NCBI GenBank assembly: GCA_038209275.1
Contig: JBBQXW010000039.1
Coordinates: forward strand, 1 to 24,000
Direction: 5' to 3'
Source: Chloroflexia bacterium
GTDB taxonomy: Bacteria > Chloroflexota > Chloroflexia > Chloroheliales > Chloroheliaceae
Length of the DNA: 24,000 bases
In this document: in pieces, positions 7,929-17,225 of the stretch
How the letters are laid out: every line of letters begins with the position of its first letter
Numbering within the stretch: position 1 is the first letter of the stretch
Notes under the pieces: model-generated
Told to the model about the DNA's origin: nothing
Databases searched by the model: none
The model's input: the letters and a program-made list of their open reading frames with translations, nothing else
Program-made: the position numbers and the translations under genes

Positions 7929-8484
7929 AGCAAAACAGGCGGCAGATACCCGGCGGGCGCTATTAGAGGCAGCCCGCCGCGTAATAATTTCAAATGGGGT
8001 AAATGCCCTGACGCTGGACGCAGTGGCTAAGGAAGCGGGCGTGAGCAAAGGTGGCTTGTTGTATCATTTTCCGTCTAAAGATGCGCTGGTAGTTGGTTTG
8101 CTCGAAGAATTAAACCAGAGCTTTGTGGATGGCATCGAACAAGCCCTGGCCCAGGATGAACAACCGCAACGGGCGGGCAGGTGGCTACGCGCTTACGTGC
8201 GGTCTAGCGGCGCGATTGACCAGACGGAACTGGATTTAACTGCCGGACTATTGGCAGCTATTGGAACCAATCCAGCGCTGCTGGACGATATGCGCCAGAG
8301 CTTTATCGAATGGCAAACACGGGTGGAGCAAGACGGAATTGACCCGGCCCTGGCAACCATTATTCGGCTGGCGGTGGATGGTTTATGGATGGCGGAAATG
8401 TTTGGCCTGGCAGCACCCACAGGCCCACAGCGCGAAGCAGTCATTACCCGGTTGCTGGAACTGACCGAGGGAAAGGGATTATAG
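7921..8484 (+). CDS. TetR/AcrR family transcriptional regulator
   Basis: 187 aa; RRALLEAARRVIISNGVNALTLDAVAKEAGVSKGGLLYHFPSKDALV; start overlaps the SMR gene by 8 nt. Confidence 0.95.
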   Translation: MDKAKQAADTRRALLEAARRVIISNGVNALTLDAVAKEAGVSKGGLLYHFPSKDALVVGLLEELNQSFVDGIEQALAQDEQPQRAGRWLRAYVRSSGAIDQTELDLTAGLLAAIGTNPALLDDMRQSFIEWQTRVEQDGIDPALATIIRLAVDGLWMAEMFGLAAPTGPQREAVITRLLELTEGKGL

Positions 8485-8514
8485 CCGGGCTTGAAATTAA
8501 TAATTTGGTGCGGC

Positions 8515-8540
8515 CCGCCCTGGAATAAATTCCAGGGCGG
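8515..8540. repeat. Perfect 12-bp inverted repeat between convergent genes
   Basis: CCGCCCTGGAAT-AA-ATTCCAGGGCGG between tetR-like (+) and pirin (-); no clear U tract. Confidence 0.85.
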
Positions 8541-8624
8541 ACTTTCATTCGGTAACAACTTAAGATTAGACAGCAATTGGGACAATAGAGGGTTTGCCCC
8601 TTCAAACCCTTACTGAACAGGTTC

Positions 8625-9491
8625 TTAGCTAACCGAAGCCGGGGTCTCATTCTGGATACCAGCGCTGGCAAACTTACCAGCCCGATAATCGGCATAGGCT
8701 TGCCTGATTTCAGCCTGGCTATTCATTACAAACGGGCCATAGGCTACTACTGGCTCTTTAACCGGCTCACCAGCCCAAAGCAAAAGATGCAGCTTTTCTT
8801 TGGCCTGAATACTAATCTGACTCGCTGGTTCATTATCGCCTGAACCAAGCCACAGCACCTGATTTTGCTGGCCCTCGGTTTTGTTCAAGCCAAAAGTGCC
8901 GCTACCTTCCAGCACGTAGATAAAGCCGTTGTAGCTGCCTGGCAATTCCTGGGTCAGGTTCATTTCTGGCTCTAGCCAGACATCTAACATTGTTACTGGC
9001 ACATGGTTGCGAGTAGTGGCGCTAACTTCGCCGGATGAGCCGGAAAAGACCCGAATCTTAACGCCATCCTCCTCCCGCAAAGGCAAATTCTTGCCCCGCA
9101 AATCCTGATAGCGCGGCTGGGTCATTTTGTCCGAACTTTTCAAATTGACCCATAGTTGCAAGCTATGCACCAGTTGACCTTCGGGCGGAGTTTCCTTGTG
9201 GATAACGCCGCGTCCCGCCGTCATCCACTGGGCATCACCCGCTTCCAGTCTGCCGTAGCCGCCCTGGTTGTCGAAATGCTCCAGCGTGCCGTCAATGATA
9301 TAAGTGACCGTTTCAATGCCACGATGCGGATGAAAATCAAATACGCCCGGCTGAAACCAGTCTTCCGCCATCATCAAAAACGGGTCAAACTCGGCCCAGT
9401 TACCCGGTTCTAGCACTATCCCGACTTTATGAATTGGGCTGGCCTTTTGGGGTTTAACCATCCAGGTGCGCCGAATGTCTCTCTGCTTCAT
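8625..9491 (-). CDS. Pirin family protein
   Basis: 288 aa; FDFHPHRGIETVTYIIDGTLEHFDNQGGYGRLEAGDAQWMTAGRGVIHKE. Confidence 0.93.
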   Translation of the reverse strand: MKQRDIRRTWMVKPQKASPIHKVGIVLEPGNWAEFDPFLMMAEDWFQPGVFDFHPHRGIETVTYIIDGTLEHFDNQGGYGRLEAGDAQWMTAGRGVIHKETPPEGQLVHSLQLWVNLKSSDKMTQPRYQDLRGKNLPLREEDGVKIRVFSGSSGEVSATTRNHVPVTMLDVWLEPEMNLTQELPGSYNGFIYVLEGSGTFGLNKTEGQQNQVLWLGSGDNEPASQISIQAKEKLHLLLWAGEPVKEPVVAYGPFVMNSQAEIRQAYADYRAGKFASAGIQNETPASVS

Positions 9492-9643
9492 ATTTTTTAC
9501 CTGTATCCCTTTTTCTATAACTTAGTCGTTCTTCTCATTAAAGCTATTTATTATAGGCTACTTACTTTATGTAGGTAATTTTATTACAAATGATAAGGTT
9601 TGTCAAGGTTTTAGTTCAGTTAAATTATTGTTCATGTCAGAAG

Positions 9644-10573
9644 TCAGAAACCAGAAATTTCTGCCGAAAAGGGGTTATCGTTTTGCCAGCCGACTTTGCC
9701 CAGGGTGCGGTAGCGTTCAAGGCGACGGATGGTTATTTCGCAGTAAACCGGGTCGCTATCGGTGGTGAAGCAACGCCGCCCGGCGATTTCGCAGGCCAGT
9801 AAAGTTGTGCCGGAGTGGGCGAAGAAATCCAGCACCAGATCGCCAGGCAGCGAACTGGCGGAAAGAATACGCTCGATAGCCTTGAGCGGCTTTTGGGCAT
9901 AGCAGCCGTTGACGTTTTCTTCGCGGCGGTAGAACACCTGCTGAATATCGAACCAGACGTTCCCGGCCCGAATATTCGGCGAACGACCCCGTGCCATATT
10001 TTCTTTTACTTCGCCGTCTATTTCTTTGTAGTACCCTGCCAGCGTTTTGGGGATTTCGGTGTATTGCGGGCTGAAGGGTGGCTGACCAAGCGTGTAATAC
10101 AAAAGTTCCTGGCGCACCGCCATCCAGTTGCGTTGCGTGCCGTAGCCGCGCTGATTTCGCATAGTGATAAAGCTGCGGGCGCGGAAAGGCGTGTCGCGCA
10201 TCATCAACATAAAATCTGGTAGCGGTTGAAATCCAGCATCCTGGTCAGCCCCCAGCCACAGATAAAGGCTGCTGTTTTCGCTCAGATGCGCCCGCGTAAT
10301 ATCTATCCAGCGCCGACACCAACCGATATAATGGGACAGTTCGCGCTCCTCGAAAGCGACCAGATTATAAGGCGGGTCGTGAATAGCGAGGGAGGCTTGC
10401 TCCGCTGCACATAGTTGAGTAATTTGTTCAGGATTGATGGCATCGAGACAACCAACGGCGTGACCGTTTTGGGGGTCGCGCCAGATTTCGCCCGGCTGCA
10501 CGCGGCAGTACGGCAACAATTTCTGGCGCAATTCAGGCACTTTATCGAGGCGCGGTAGTGGATTCTTTATCAT
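9644..10573 (-). CDS. Site-specific DNA methyltransferase (N-4/N-6, DPPY motif before FxGxG-like motif)
   Basis: 309 aa; LAIHDPPYNL near the N-terminus, LVLDFFAHSGTTLLACEIAGRRCFTTDSDPVYCEITIRRLE near the C-terminus, a beta-class-like order. Confidence 0.85.
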   Translation of the reverse strand: MIKNPLPRLDKVPELRQKLLPYCRVQPGEIWRDPQNGHAVGCLDAINPEQITQLCAAEQASLAIHDPPYNLVAFEERELSHYIGWCRRWIDITRAHLSENSSLYLWLGADQDAGFQPLPDFMLMMRDTPFRARSFITMRNQRGYGTQRNWMAVRQELLYYTLGQPPFSPQYTEIPKTLAGYYKEIDGEVKENMARGRSPNIRAGNVWFDIQQVFYRREENVNGCYAQKPLKAIERILSASSLPGDLVLDFFAHSGTTLLACEIAGRRCFTTDSDPVYCEITIRRLERYRTLGKVGWQNDNPFSAEISGF

Positions 10574-10587
10574 ATAAAGTTAAAAAT

Positions 10588-11493
10588 CTAGCCCGCCGCC
10601 CGCTTGAACTGGTCGGGTGGGAAAGCCTGGGCCGCAATACAGCGCGCCGACCATTCGTTTAGCTGCTTCAGCACTTCGTCCAGTTCATCGCCGATAGCAT
10701 CTACCAAAGGCTGTTCCATTCTATCGGTGGTTTCTTCAATCGAGTGGCGCGCTTGCTGCCCTGCCGGGGTCAGCGCCCCGTCCGCTACCAGCCCGGCGGC
10801 TTCGAGTCGCTTTACCTCGGCGGCAATCGTTTCGGCACTCCAACCGCGTGTGGCGGTATACGAGCCTAGCGGCATCCCGACATAAAGTTCGGTCAGAATG
10901 TTCATTGCCACCGGGCCAAATCCGGCAGTGATGTAAGCAGCGATGTGGCTATCACCCCGGTGTTCCCTGACTAAATCACAGGCCCGCCACAACTGCCCGA
11001 TTGAACTGCCCGGCCAGGGCTGGGCTTGTAGTCCGGCAAACAAAGGCCGACCTGTACCATCGGCGGCGGCCAGACCGCGACGCAAAGCTGCTACCGCGAA
11101 ACTAACGTCTACGCCTGCCAGGGTTTGTGCCAAACTGCTCACGGTTGCTTCCTCGCGTGCCGCCAGCATTTCGGCCCGGCCCAGTTTTTGACGACCTTCG
11201 TCATAAAGGGCTGTAACCAGGCCCGGCTCAAAAGCGGCAAAAGTGGCGACTACTACCGAGGCAGGTGGTTCGCCCAGCGCGGCGGCTCTACCCCAGACAT
11301 AGCTGGTCAGAAAGTTCAGACCCAATGCCGCTAACCGCTCGTTAGTCAGGCGCGACCAGATGGCGTGCATGGCGATTGGTTCGCCGCTATCGCGCAAACG
11401 ACGGGCGGGACTACCTTCTGCTACCGGGTAGGGCGCTGGCGCATCCGGCGGGCTGGGCTGAAAAAATACCTGGGTAGCGGTTTCGTAATCCAT
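10588..11493 (-). CDS. Hypothetical protein resembling the SCO6745 family
   Basis: 301 aa; LWRACDLVREHRGDSHIAAYITAGFGPVAMNILTELY plus a winged-helix-like C-terminal region; GGAGG-type SD. Confidence 0.6.
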   Translation of the reverse strand: MDYETATQVFFQPSPPDAPAPYPVAEGSPARRLRDSGEPIAMHAIWSRLTNERLAALGLNFLTSYVWGRAAALGEPPASVVVATFAAFEPGLVTALYDEGRQKLGRAEMLAAREEATVSSLAQTLAGVDVSFAVAALRRGLAAADGTGRPLFAGLQAQPWPGSSIGQLWRACDLVREHRGDSHIAAYITAGFGPVAMNILTELYVGMPLGSYTATRGWSAETIAAEVKRLEAAGLVADGALTPAGQQARHSIEETTDRMEQPLVDAIGDELDEVLKQLNEWSARCIAAQAFPPDQFKRAAG

Positions 11494-11691
11494 TTATACA
11501 ACCTCCATTGGCTATTGAATAAGAACAATAAATAGCTCACCGTTGCAGGGGGCTGCGTTCTATGCGCGTCAGCGTAAGCCTTTTAGCCCGAAATTGGTAT
11601 GTCAGTGAAAATCGCATGGGAGTTTAGTCCCAGGCGCACCCACCACTATTCTACCGCGTTAGCCTTTTTCTTAAGTTGACGCGCATGGCTC

Positions 11692-13788
11692 TTAGTTTTC
11701 AGCCTTGAGACCTTTCGGTTTCTTGTCGGTTTTTGCCTCGGTGTCCTGATTAGCAGCGCGTTTGAGTTTGAGAATCAGTATACCGAGCGGCGGCAAGGTA
11801 AGTGAGAGCGAGTGCAGCAAACCACTAAAGCCGATTGGTTCACTAGCTTTGCCACCCATATTGCCCACGTTGCTGCCCCAGTAATCCCCGGCATCGCTGT
11901 TCAAAATTTCCTCGTAATGTCCGGCTTCCGGCACCCCGATGCGGTAATTGTAGCGTGGCACAGGCGTAAAATTGCAGATTGTCACCAGAAAGTCGTCAGT
12001 GTCGCGGGCCAAACGCATAAAGACCAGCACGCTTTGCTCGCTATCGCGGAACTCAATCCACTTGAAACCCTCCCAACTATCGTCTATTTCGTGCAGGGCT
12101 GGTTCGCTCTGGTACAGGCGGTTGAGGTCGCCGACAAACTGCTGCAAACCTTTGTGCGAAGGCCAGTCGAGCAAATTCCATTCGAGGGTACTCTGGAAAT
12201 TCCATTCGCCCCACTGCCCGAACTCGCCGCCCATAAAGACCATTTTCTTGCCGGGATGAGTGAACATATAACCAAAAAGAGTACGCAAGTTGGCGAATTT
12301 TTGCCAGACATCGCCGGGCATTTTGTTCAACAGCGAACCCTTGAGATGGACGACCTCGTCGTGCGACAGAGGCAGCATAAAATGCTCACTAAAGGCGTAC
12401 ATGAGCGAGAAAGTCAGTTTGCTATGGTGGTAGCGACGATAAACTGAGGCTTCTTCCATATAGTCGAGCATATCGTGCATCCAGCCCATGTTCCACTTGA
12501 GGTCGAAGCCCAGCCCACCGACATAGACCGGGCGCGTAACCATCGGCCATGCGGTAGATTCTTCGGCCACCGTCAGTACATCAGGATATTCGCCATGCAC
12601 CTGAATATTTAACTGTTTGAGAAATTCAATTGCGTCCAGATTTTCGCGTCCGCCATAGCGATTGGGAACCCATTGGTCAGCAGGTCGTGAGTAATCCAGA
12701 TAGAGCATAGAGGCCACCGCGTCTACCCGCAAGCCATCAATATGATATTTATCCAGCCAGAAAAGGGCATTGGAAAGCAGAAAATTGCTTACTTCCACTC
12801 GACCATAATTAAAGATAAAAGTCTGCCAATCCAGGTGAAAGCCCATGCGCGGGTCGGCGTGTTCATAAAGGTGCGTACCATCGAAATAGCCCAAGCCATG
12901 CTCGTCGGTTGGGAAGTGGGCCGGAACCCAATCGAGAATGACCCCAATATTATGGCGATGGCAGTAATCTACAAAATACATAAAATCTTCCGGCTTGCCG
13001 TAGCGACTGGTGACGGCATAATAGCCAGTGGTCTGGTAGCCCCACGAACCATCGTAGGGATGTTCGCTGATGGGCATAAGCTCGATATGAGTAAAACCCA
13101 TTGCTTTGACGTAAGCGACCATTCGGTGCGCCAGTTCGCGATAGTTCAGCCAGTTTCCGGCCTCGTCGCGTTGCCATGAACCCAGGTGCGCTTCGTAGAC
13201 CGAGATGGGCGCGGCAATATTGTTGCGTTTCATTCGGTCAACCATCCAATCGCTATCACCCCAGATATAGCGTGTCAGGTCGGCAACCACCGAAGCATTT
13301 TGAGGGCGCAATTCGCCAGCAAAGGCGTAAGGGTCGGTTTTGGTGACAATATAGCCATTGTAGCGCGATTCGATGTGATACTTATAAACTTCCTGAGCTG
13401 CCAGACCGGGGATAAAAATCTCCCAGATGCCCTGGTTGGAGTGCGAATACATGGGATGCGCGCCATGCGTCCAATTATTAAAATTGCCAACGACACTAAC
13501 CCGTTCAGCATTGGGGGCCCAGACCGCAAAGTGAACGCCTGTTACGCCGTCTACCTCGCGCAAATGTGCGCCAAGCTTTTCGTAGGTACGGTAATGAGTG
13601 CCTTCGCCTAGTAATTGAAGGTCAAACTCGGTCAGCAAGAGCGTATATGGCTCTCCTTCCGATTTCGGTGTTCCAGCCGAATAATCCAATCCCATTCTTT
13701 TATTATTTCCCTTACGCTGCTTCAAAAATTTCATTAATTTAGAGCAATGAGCATAGTTGATGATACTCTTTCCCTGAGCCTGAGTCAA
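11692..13788 (-). CDS. glgB: 1,4-alpha-glucan branching enzyme
   Basis: GH13: [78 protein letters not shown]. True start may be the internal Met at 13695 or 13734. Confidence 0.96.
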   Translation of the reverse strand: MTQAQGKSIINYAHCSKLMKFLKQRKGNNKRMGLDYSAGTPKSEGEPYTLLLTEFDLQLLGEGTHYRTYEKLGAHLREVDGVTGVHFAVWAPNAERVSVVGNFNNWTHGAHPMYSHSNQGIWEIFIPGLAAQEVYKYHIESRYNGYIVTKTDPYAFAGELRPQNASVVADLTRYIWGDSDWMVDRMKRNNIAAPISVYEAHLGSWQRDEAGNWLNYRELAHRMVAYVKAMGFTHIELMPISEHPYDGSWGYQTTGYYAVTSRYGKPEDFMYFVDYCHRHNIGVILDWVPAHFPTDEHGLGYFDGTHLYEHADPRMGFHLDWQTFIFNYGRVEVSNFLLSNALFWLDKYHIDGLRVDAVASMLYLDYSRPADQWVPNRYGGRENLDAIEFLKQLNIQVHGEYPDVLTVAEESTAWPMVTRPVYVGGLGFDLKWNMGWMHDMLDYMEEASVYRRYHHSKLTFSLMYAFSEHFMLPLSHDEVVHLKGSLLNKMPGDVWQKFANLRTLFGYMFTHPGKKMVFMGGEFGQWGEWNFQSTLEWNLLDWPSHKGLQQFVGDLNRLYQSEPALHEIDDSWEGFKWIEFRDSEQSVLVFMRLARDTDDFLVTICNFTPVPRYNYRIGVPEAGHYEEILNSDAGDYWGSNVGNMGGKASEPIGFSGLLHSLSLTLPPLGILILKLKRAANQDTEAKTDKKPKGLKAEN

Positions 13789-13877
13789 CTGAAATTAAAC
13801 TATGAAATTACCTGAATTAGGGGCGCAATGTTATAATTGCACCAACCAGAATCAGGGCTTTCGCTTGCTATTGTAAA

Positions 13878-14043
13878 GTAGTAGCGATTGATGGTCTTTA
13901 AGAGCTAAATGCGTAAATAGCGCAACCGTTGTAGGAGTTGGCGCTGCCCTCGAAAAGGTCTGGTTTGGGCAGAAATCGAGGGCGCAGCCCTCTCTTACAA
14001 TGATTTACGGCTTATTTTGTTAAAGACCATCAATCGCTACTAC
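13878..14043. repeat. Fold-back/MITE-like element A: 24-bp perfect outer arms, imperfect 24-nt inner arms
   Basis: GTAGTAGCGATTGATGGTCTTTAA (13878-13901) / TTAAAGACCATCAATCGCTACTAC (14020-14043); inner arms 13930-13953 and 13976-13999. Confidence 0.9.
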
Positions 14044-14080
14044 CACAGCGAAAGCCTAACAGAGTTTAAAAGGATAAAGC

Positions 14081-14845
14081 ATGGCAATAGATTACGGATT
14101 AGCCGGAAAATTGGCGGTAATTACCGGGGCAGGAGCGGGTATTGGGCGGGCGTTGACATTGGGATTGGGAGAGGCGGGTCTGCGGCTGGCGTTGGGTGAT
14201 GTAAACAAGGCAGCATTGGAAGAGACGGCCCTTTTGCTGAAAGACCGAATTGAACCAGAAGCGTTGTTATTGAAAGAACTGGACGTGAGCCGAGGCGAAG
14301 CAGTCGCCAGCTTTGCCCAGGAAGTAATAGCCGAACTTGGCACGCCCGATATTTTAATCAGCAACGCCGGGATTTTCCCGCGCCGCCTTTTGCTGGAAAT
14401 GAGCGAAGCAGAGTGGAATAATGTGTTAGATGTAAACCTGAAGGGGGCGTTTCTGTGCGTGCGAAATTTTGGCCCGGCTATGTCGCAACGGAACGGCGGA
14501 CGCATCATTATAATGAGCAGTAGTGCTGGATTCGAGGGCGTAGCACGCGGCGTGCATTATTCCGCCAGCAAAGCCGGATTGGTCGGCTTTGTCAAAGCCC
14601 TGGCGCTGGAACTCGCGCCCTACCAGATTACGGTCAACGCGATTGCGCCGGGCCTGACCGACACGGCCCAACCGCGCTATGGCTTGAGCGAAGAACAAAT
14701 CGCCGCCCGCGCCCAAATTATTCCACTGGGTCGCATCGGTACGCCCGAAGATATTGTAAACGCCGCCCTCTGGCTTGCCAGCGCTGCCGCCAGCTATGTC
14801 ACCGGGCAGACCATTCATGTCAATGGCGGAGCGTTGAGGAATTGA
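14081..14845 (+). CDS. Short-chain dehydrogenase/reductase (SDR, FabG-like)
   Basis: 254 aa; AVITGAGAGIGRALTLGLGEAG, SNAGIFPR, YSASKAGLVGFVKALALEL. Confidence 0.93.
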   Translation: MAIDYGLAGKLAVITGAGAGIGRALTLGLGEAGLRLALGDVNKAALEETALLLKDRIEPEALLLKELDVSRGEAVASFAQEVIAELGTPDILISNAGIFPRRLLLEMSEAEWNNVLDVNLKGAFLCVRNFGPAMSQRNGGRIIIMSSSAGFEGVARGVHYSASKAGLVGFVKALALELAPYQITVNAIAPGLTDTAQPRYGLSEEQIAARAQIIPLGRIGTPEDIVNAALWLASAAASYVTGQTIHVNGGALRN

Positions 14846-14969
14846 CGATTACAGAGAAATATAATTAAAATTCTTGGCGTTCTTTGCGTCTTGGCGGTTC
14901 ATTCTCACAACCCACCAGTAAATACAACCTGCTAATAAATTGGCAACGAATGAGAGAAAGGCAAATAAA

Positions 14970-15203
14970 ATGTATATCCGAATATCGCGTGGGAAGTTTG
15001 ACCCGGCGCTGGCGGGCGAGGTGGAAGCATTACTCAGAGAATCGGAAAAAAGTCTGGCAGCGGCGATTAAAAAGCTACCCGGCGTGCATAGCTACCGCAC
15101 CGGGACTGACCCGGTAAACGGCTATATGATTGGGATGAGCCGGTGCGATAGCCCGGAATTGGGCGCGACAATCGGCAAATTGCCCGAAATGATTGCCTCG
15201 TGA
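14970..15203 (+). CDS. Small hypothetical protein, possibly a dimeric alpha-beta-barrel-like fold
   Basis: MYIRISRGKFDPALAGEVEALLRESEKSLAAAIKKLPGVHSYRTGTDPVNGYMIGMSRCDSPE; internal Met 14970 preceded by an AGAAAGG-like SD fits better than ATG 14940. Confidence 0.65.
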   Translation: MYIRISRGKFDPALAGEVEALLRESEKSLAAAIKKLPGVHSYRTGTDPVNGYMIGMSRCDSPELGATIGKLPEMIAS

Positions 15204-15281
15204 GAGCCATTCGAGGCTCTAGGCATAGTTTTTGATCCGATTACTACTTATGAAGTTTTTTGGGAAGTCTAATAAAGATAA

Positions 15282-15328
15282 AACCTTCGCTGGTCACGCC
15301 CCATAAGGGGGCGTGACCAGCGAAGGTT
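15282..15328. repeat. Perfect 21-bp hairpin with 5-nt loop upstream of the acyl-CoA dehydrogenase gene
   Basis: AACCTTCGCTGGTCACGCCCC-ATAAG-GGGGCGTGACCAGCGAAGGTT, ending 24 nt before ATG 15353; no U tract. Confidence 0.95.
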
Positions 15329-15352
15329 CTAAAAGATAAGGAGCAGAGAATC

Positions 15353-16546
15353 ATGTCAGATACCATTGCAGAGCGGCGGGTACAGATGCCATCGGCAACC
15401 GACCTTTATAATATTGACCATTTGTTGAGCGATGAAGAAAAGATGGTGCGCGACACAGTGCGCCGCTTTGTGCGCGAGCGGGTTGTGCCGATTATTAGCG
15501 AACATTTTGAGGCGGGAACTTTTCCGCGTGAAATTATACCCGAAATTGCGGAACTGGGCTTGTTAGGAATGCACCTGGAAGGTTACGGCTGCGCCGGGTC
15601 GAGTGCGGTGGCTTACGGGTTGGCCTGCCAGGAATTAGAGGCGGGCGATAGTGGGCTGCGTTCGTTTGTATCGGTGCAAGGTTCGCTGGCAATGTTCCCA
15701 ATCTGGGCCTTTGGGTCGGAGGAGCAAAAGCAGCGCTGGTTGCCGCCGATGGCGCGGGGCGAAGTTATCGGTTGTTTCGGCCTGACCGAGCCGGATTTCG
15801 GTAGCGACCCGTCCGGGATGCTAACCAACGCCCGGCGCGACGGCAATAGCTACGTCTTGAACGGCGCGAAGATGTGGATTACCAACGGTGGCATTGCCGA
15901 TGTAGCGGTAGTCTGGGCCAAAACCGACGGCGAAATTCGGGGCTTTTTGGTCGAGCGCGGCACGTCCGGCTTTAACACCACTAATATTCATCACAAGCTT
16001 TCGCTACGGGCTTCAGTTACTTCGGAATTACATTTCGAGGATTGTCGGATTCCCGCCGAAAATATGCTGCCGGGCGTAAAAGGTTTGCGCGGCCCACTTT
16101 CCTGTCTGAGCGAAGCGCGTTTCGGAATTGCCTGGGGCGCAACCGGCGCGGCCCGTTCTTGCTACGAAACGGCGCTGGAATACGCCAAAACCCGCGTCCA
16201 GTTCAACCGGCCCATTGGCGGCTTCCAACTGGTGCAGCAAAAGCTGGCGATTATGGCAACGGAACTGGTGAAGGCGCAGTTGTTGGCGCTGCAACTCGGT
16301 AGGCTCAAAGATGAAGGATTGGTACACCCGGTACAGGTCTCGATAGCCAAGCGCAACAACGTCCGCGAAGCGCTAAAAACGGCACGGGAAGCACGCTCGA
16401 TTCTGGGCGCGAACGGGGTAACGCTGGAATATCCGATTAGCCGCCACATGAACAACCTGGAGTCGGTCTACACCTACGAAGGCACTGACGATATTCATAC
16501 CCTCATTATCGGGCAGGCTATTACTGGCCTGAGCGCCTTTTCTTAA
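15353..16546 (+). CDS. gcdH: Acyl-CoA dehydrogenase, glutaryl-CoA-dehydrogenase-like
   Basis: 397 aa; CQELEAGDSGLRSFVSVQGSLAMFPIWAFGSEEQKQRWLPPMARGEVIGCFGLTEPDFGSDPSGM and RHMNNLESVYTYEGTDDIHTLIIGQAITGLSAF are characteristic of GCDH. Confidence 0.85.
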   Translation: MSDTIAERRVQMPSATDLYNIDHLLSDEEKMVRDTVRRFVRERVVPIISEHFEAGTFPREIIPEIAELGLLGMHLEGYGCAGSSAVAYGLACQELEAGDSGLRSFVSVQGSLAMFPIWAFGSEEQKQRWLPPMARGEVIGCFGLTEPDFGSDPSGMLTNARRDGNSYVLNGAKMWITNGGIADVAVVWAKTDGEIRGFLVERGTSGFNTTNIHHKLSLRASVTSELHFEDCRIPAENMLPGVKGLRGPLSCLSEARFGIAWGATGAARSCYETALEYAKTRVQFNRPIGGFQLVQQKLAIMATELVKAQLLALQLGRLKDEGLVHPVQVSIAKRNNVREALKTAREARSILGANGVTLEYPISRHMNNLESVYTYEGTDDIHTLIIGQAITGLSAFS

Positions 16547-16559
16547 TCAGGAAAATTAT

Positions 16560-16702
16560 TTAAACAGGGAGTCAGCCCACTTGCGAAAAGCGATAAAACA
16601 AGCGAAGTAGACTGAAACAATCCGGCTTGCTTTGGATTGAGCCATTTGACACTTGTTTCATTTTACTTCGCTTTCATTCAAGTGGGCTGACTCCCTGTTT
16701 AA
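16560..16702. repeat. Fold-back/MITE-like element, 24-bp perfect outer arms, TTAA at both ends
   Basis: TTAAACAGGGAGTCAGCCCACTTG (16560-16583) / CAAGTGGGCTGACTCCCTGTTTAA (16679-16702); inner AAGCGAAGTAGACTGAAACAA is nearly the reverse complement of TTGTTTCATTTTACTTCGCTT. Confidence 0.9.
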
Positions 16703-17225
16703 GCAAAATTCAGGAAAGTTTTACCGGTATTGAGCTCGATGTTACCCGTTAACACGTCTTCAGTGCTGGCTTAGTCACGGGGAATTAAATTTGTAAATTG
16801 TACTACCCGGTTCATTCTCAGGTAAACCCTTCGGAGTGAATTGGTTATGAGGATGTGGCGAGTCTGTTTGTGTCAAAAATAATGAGAGAAAAGACTATAA
16901 CTTTGGGCAGATTAATGTAATTTTAATATTCTCCTCAAGCTAACTTCATAATCTTTTTCTAAAATTTGTTTGAAATACAAATTAAATATCCAGTCAGTCC
17001 TTATGGACAGGTCCAGCCCCCAGCACTTACCGTGCGTTCTCTCCGGTCCAAGAGCCTGGCGACCCATGTTTCACACCTTGTACCGAAAATTGGTCAGGAA
17101 CGCCTGGTGTCAGATATGGAGTAACTATGGTGGTAGAGTTATTAACCAACAAGAGGTTTTTTAGAAAACAGCTTATAAAGAGAAAATAAAAAAGATTATA
17201 CCTAGAAGCTAGGAGGAGGAAGCTG

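Noticed and set aside
9815-10222. 135-aa plus-strand ORF antisense to the DNA methyltransferase
   Set aside because: Its complementary strand encodes clear methyltransferase motifs; no SD or recognisable domain.
11812-13611. Several plus-strand ORFs (up to 211 aa) opposite glgB
   Set aside because: They shadow a complete and unambiguous GH13 glgB reading frame.
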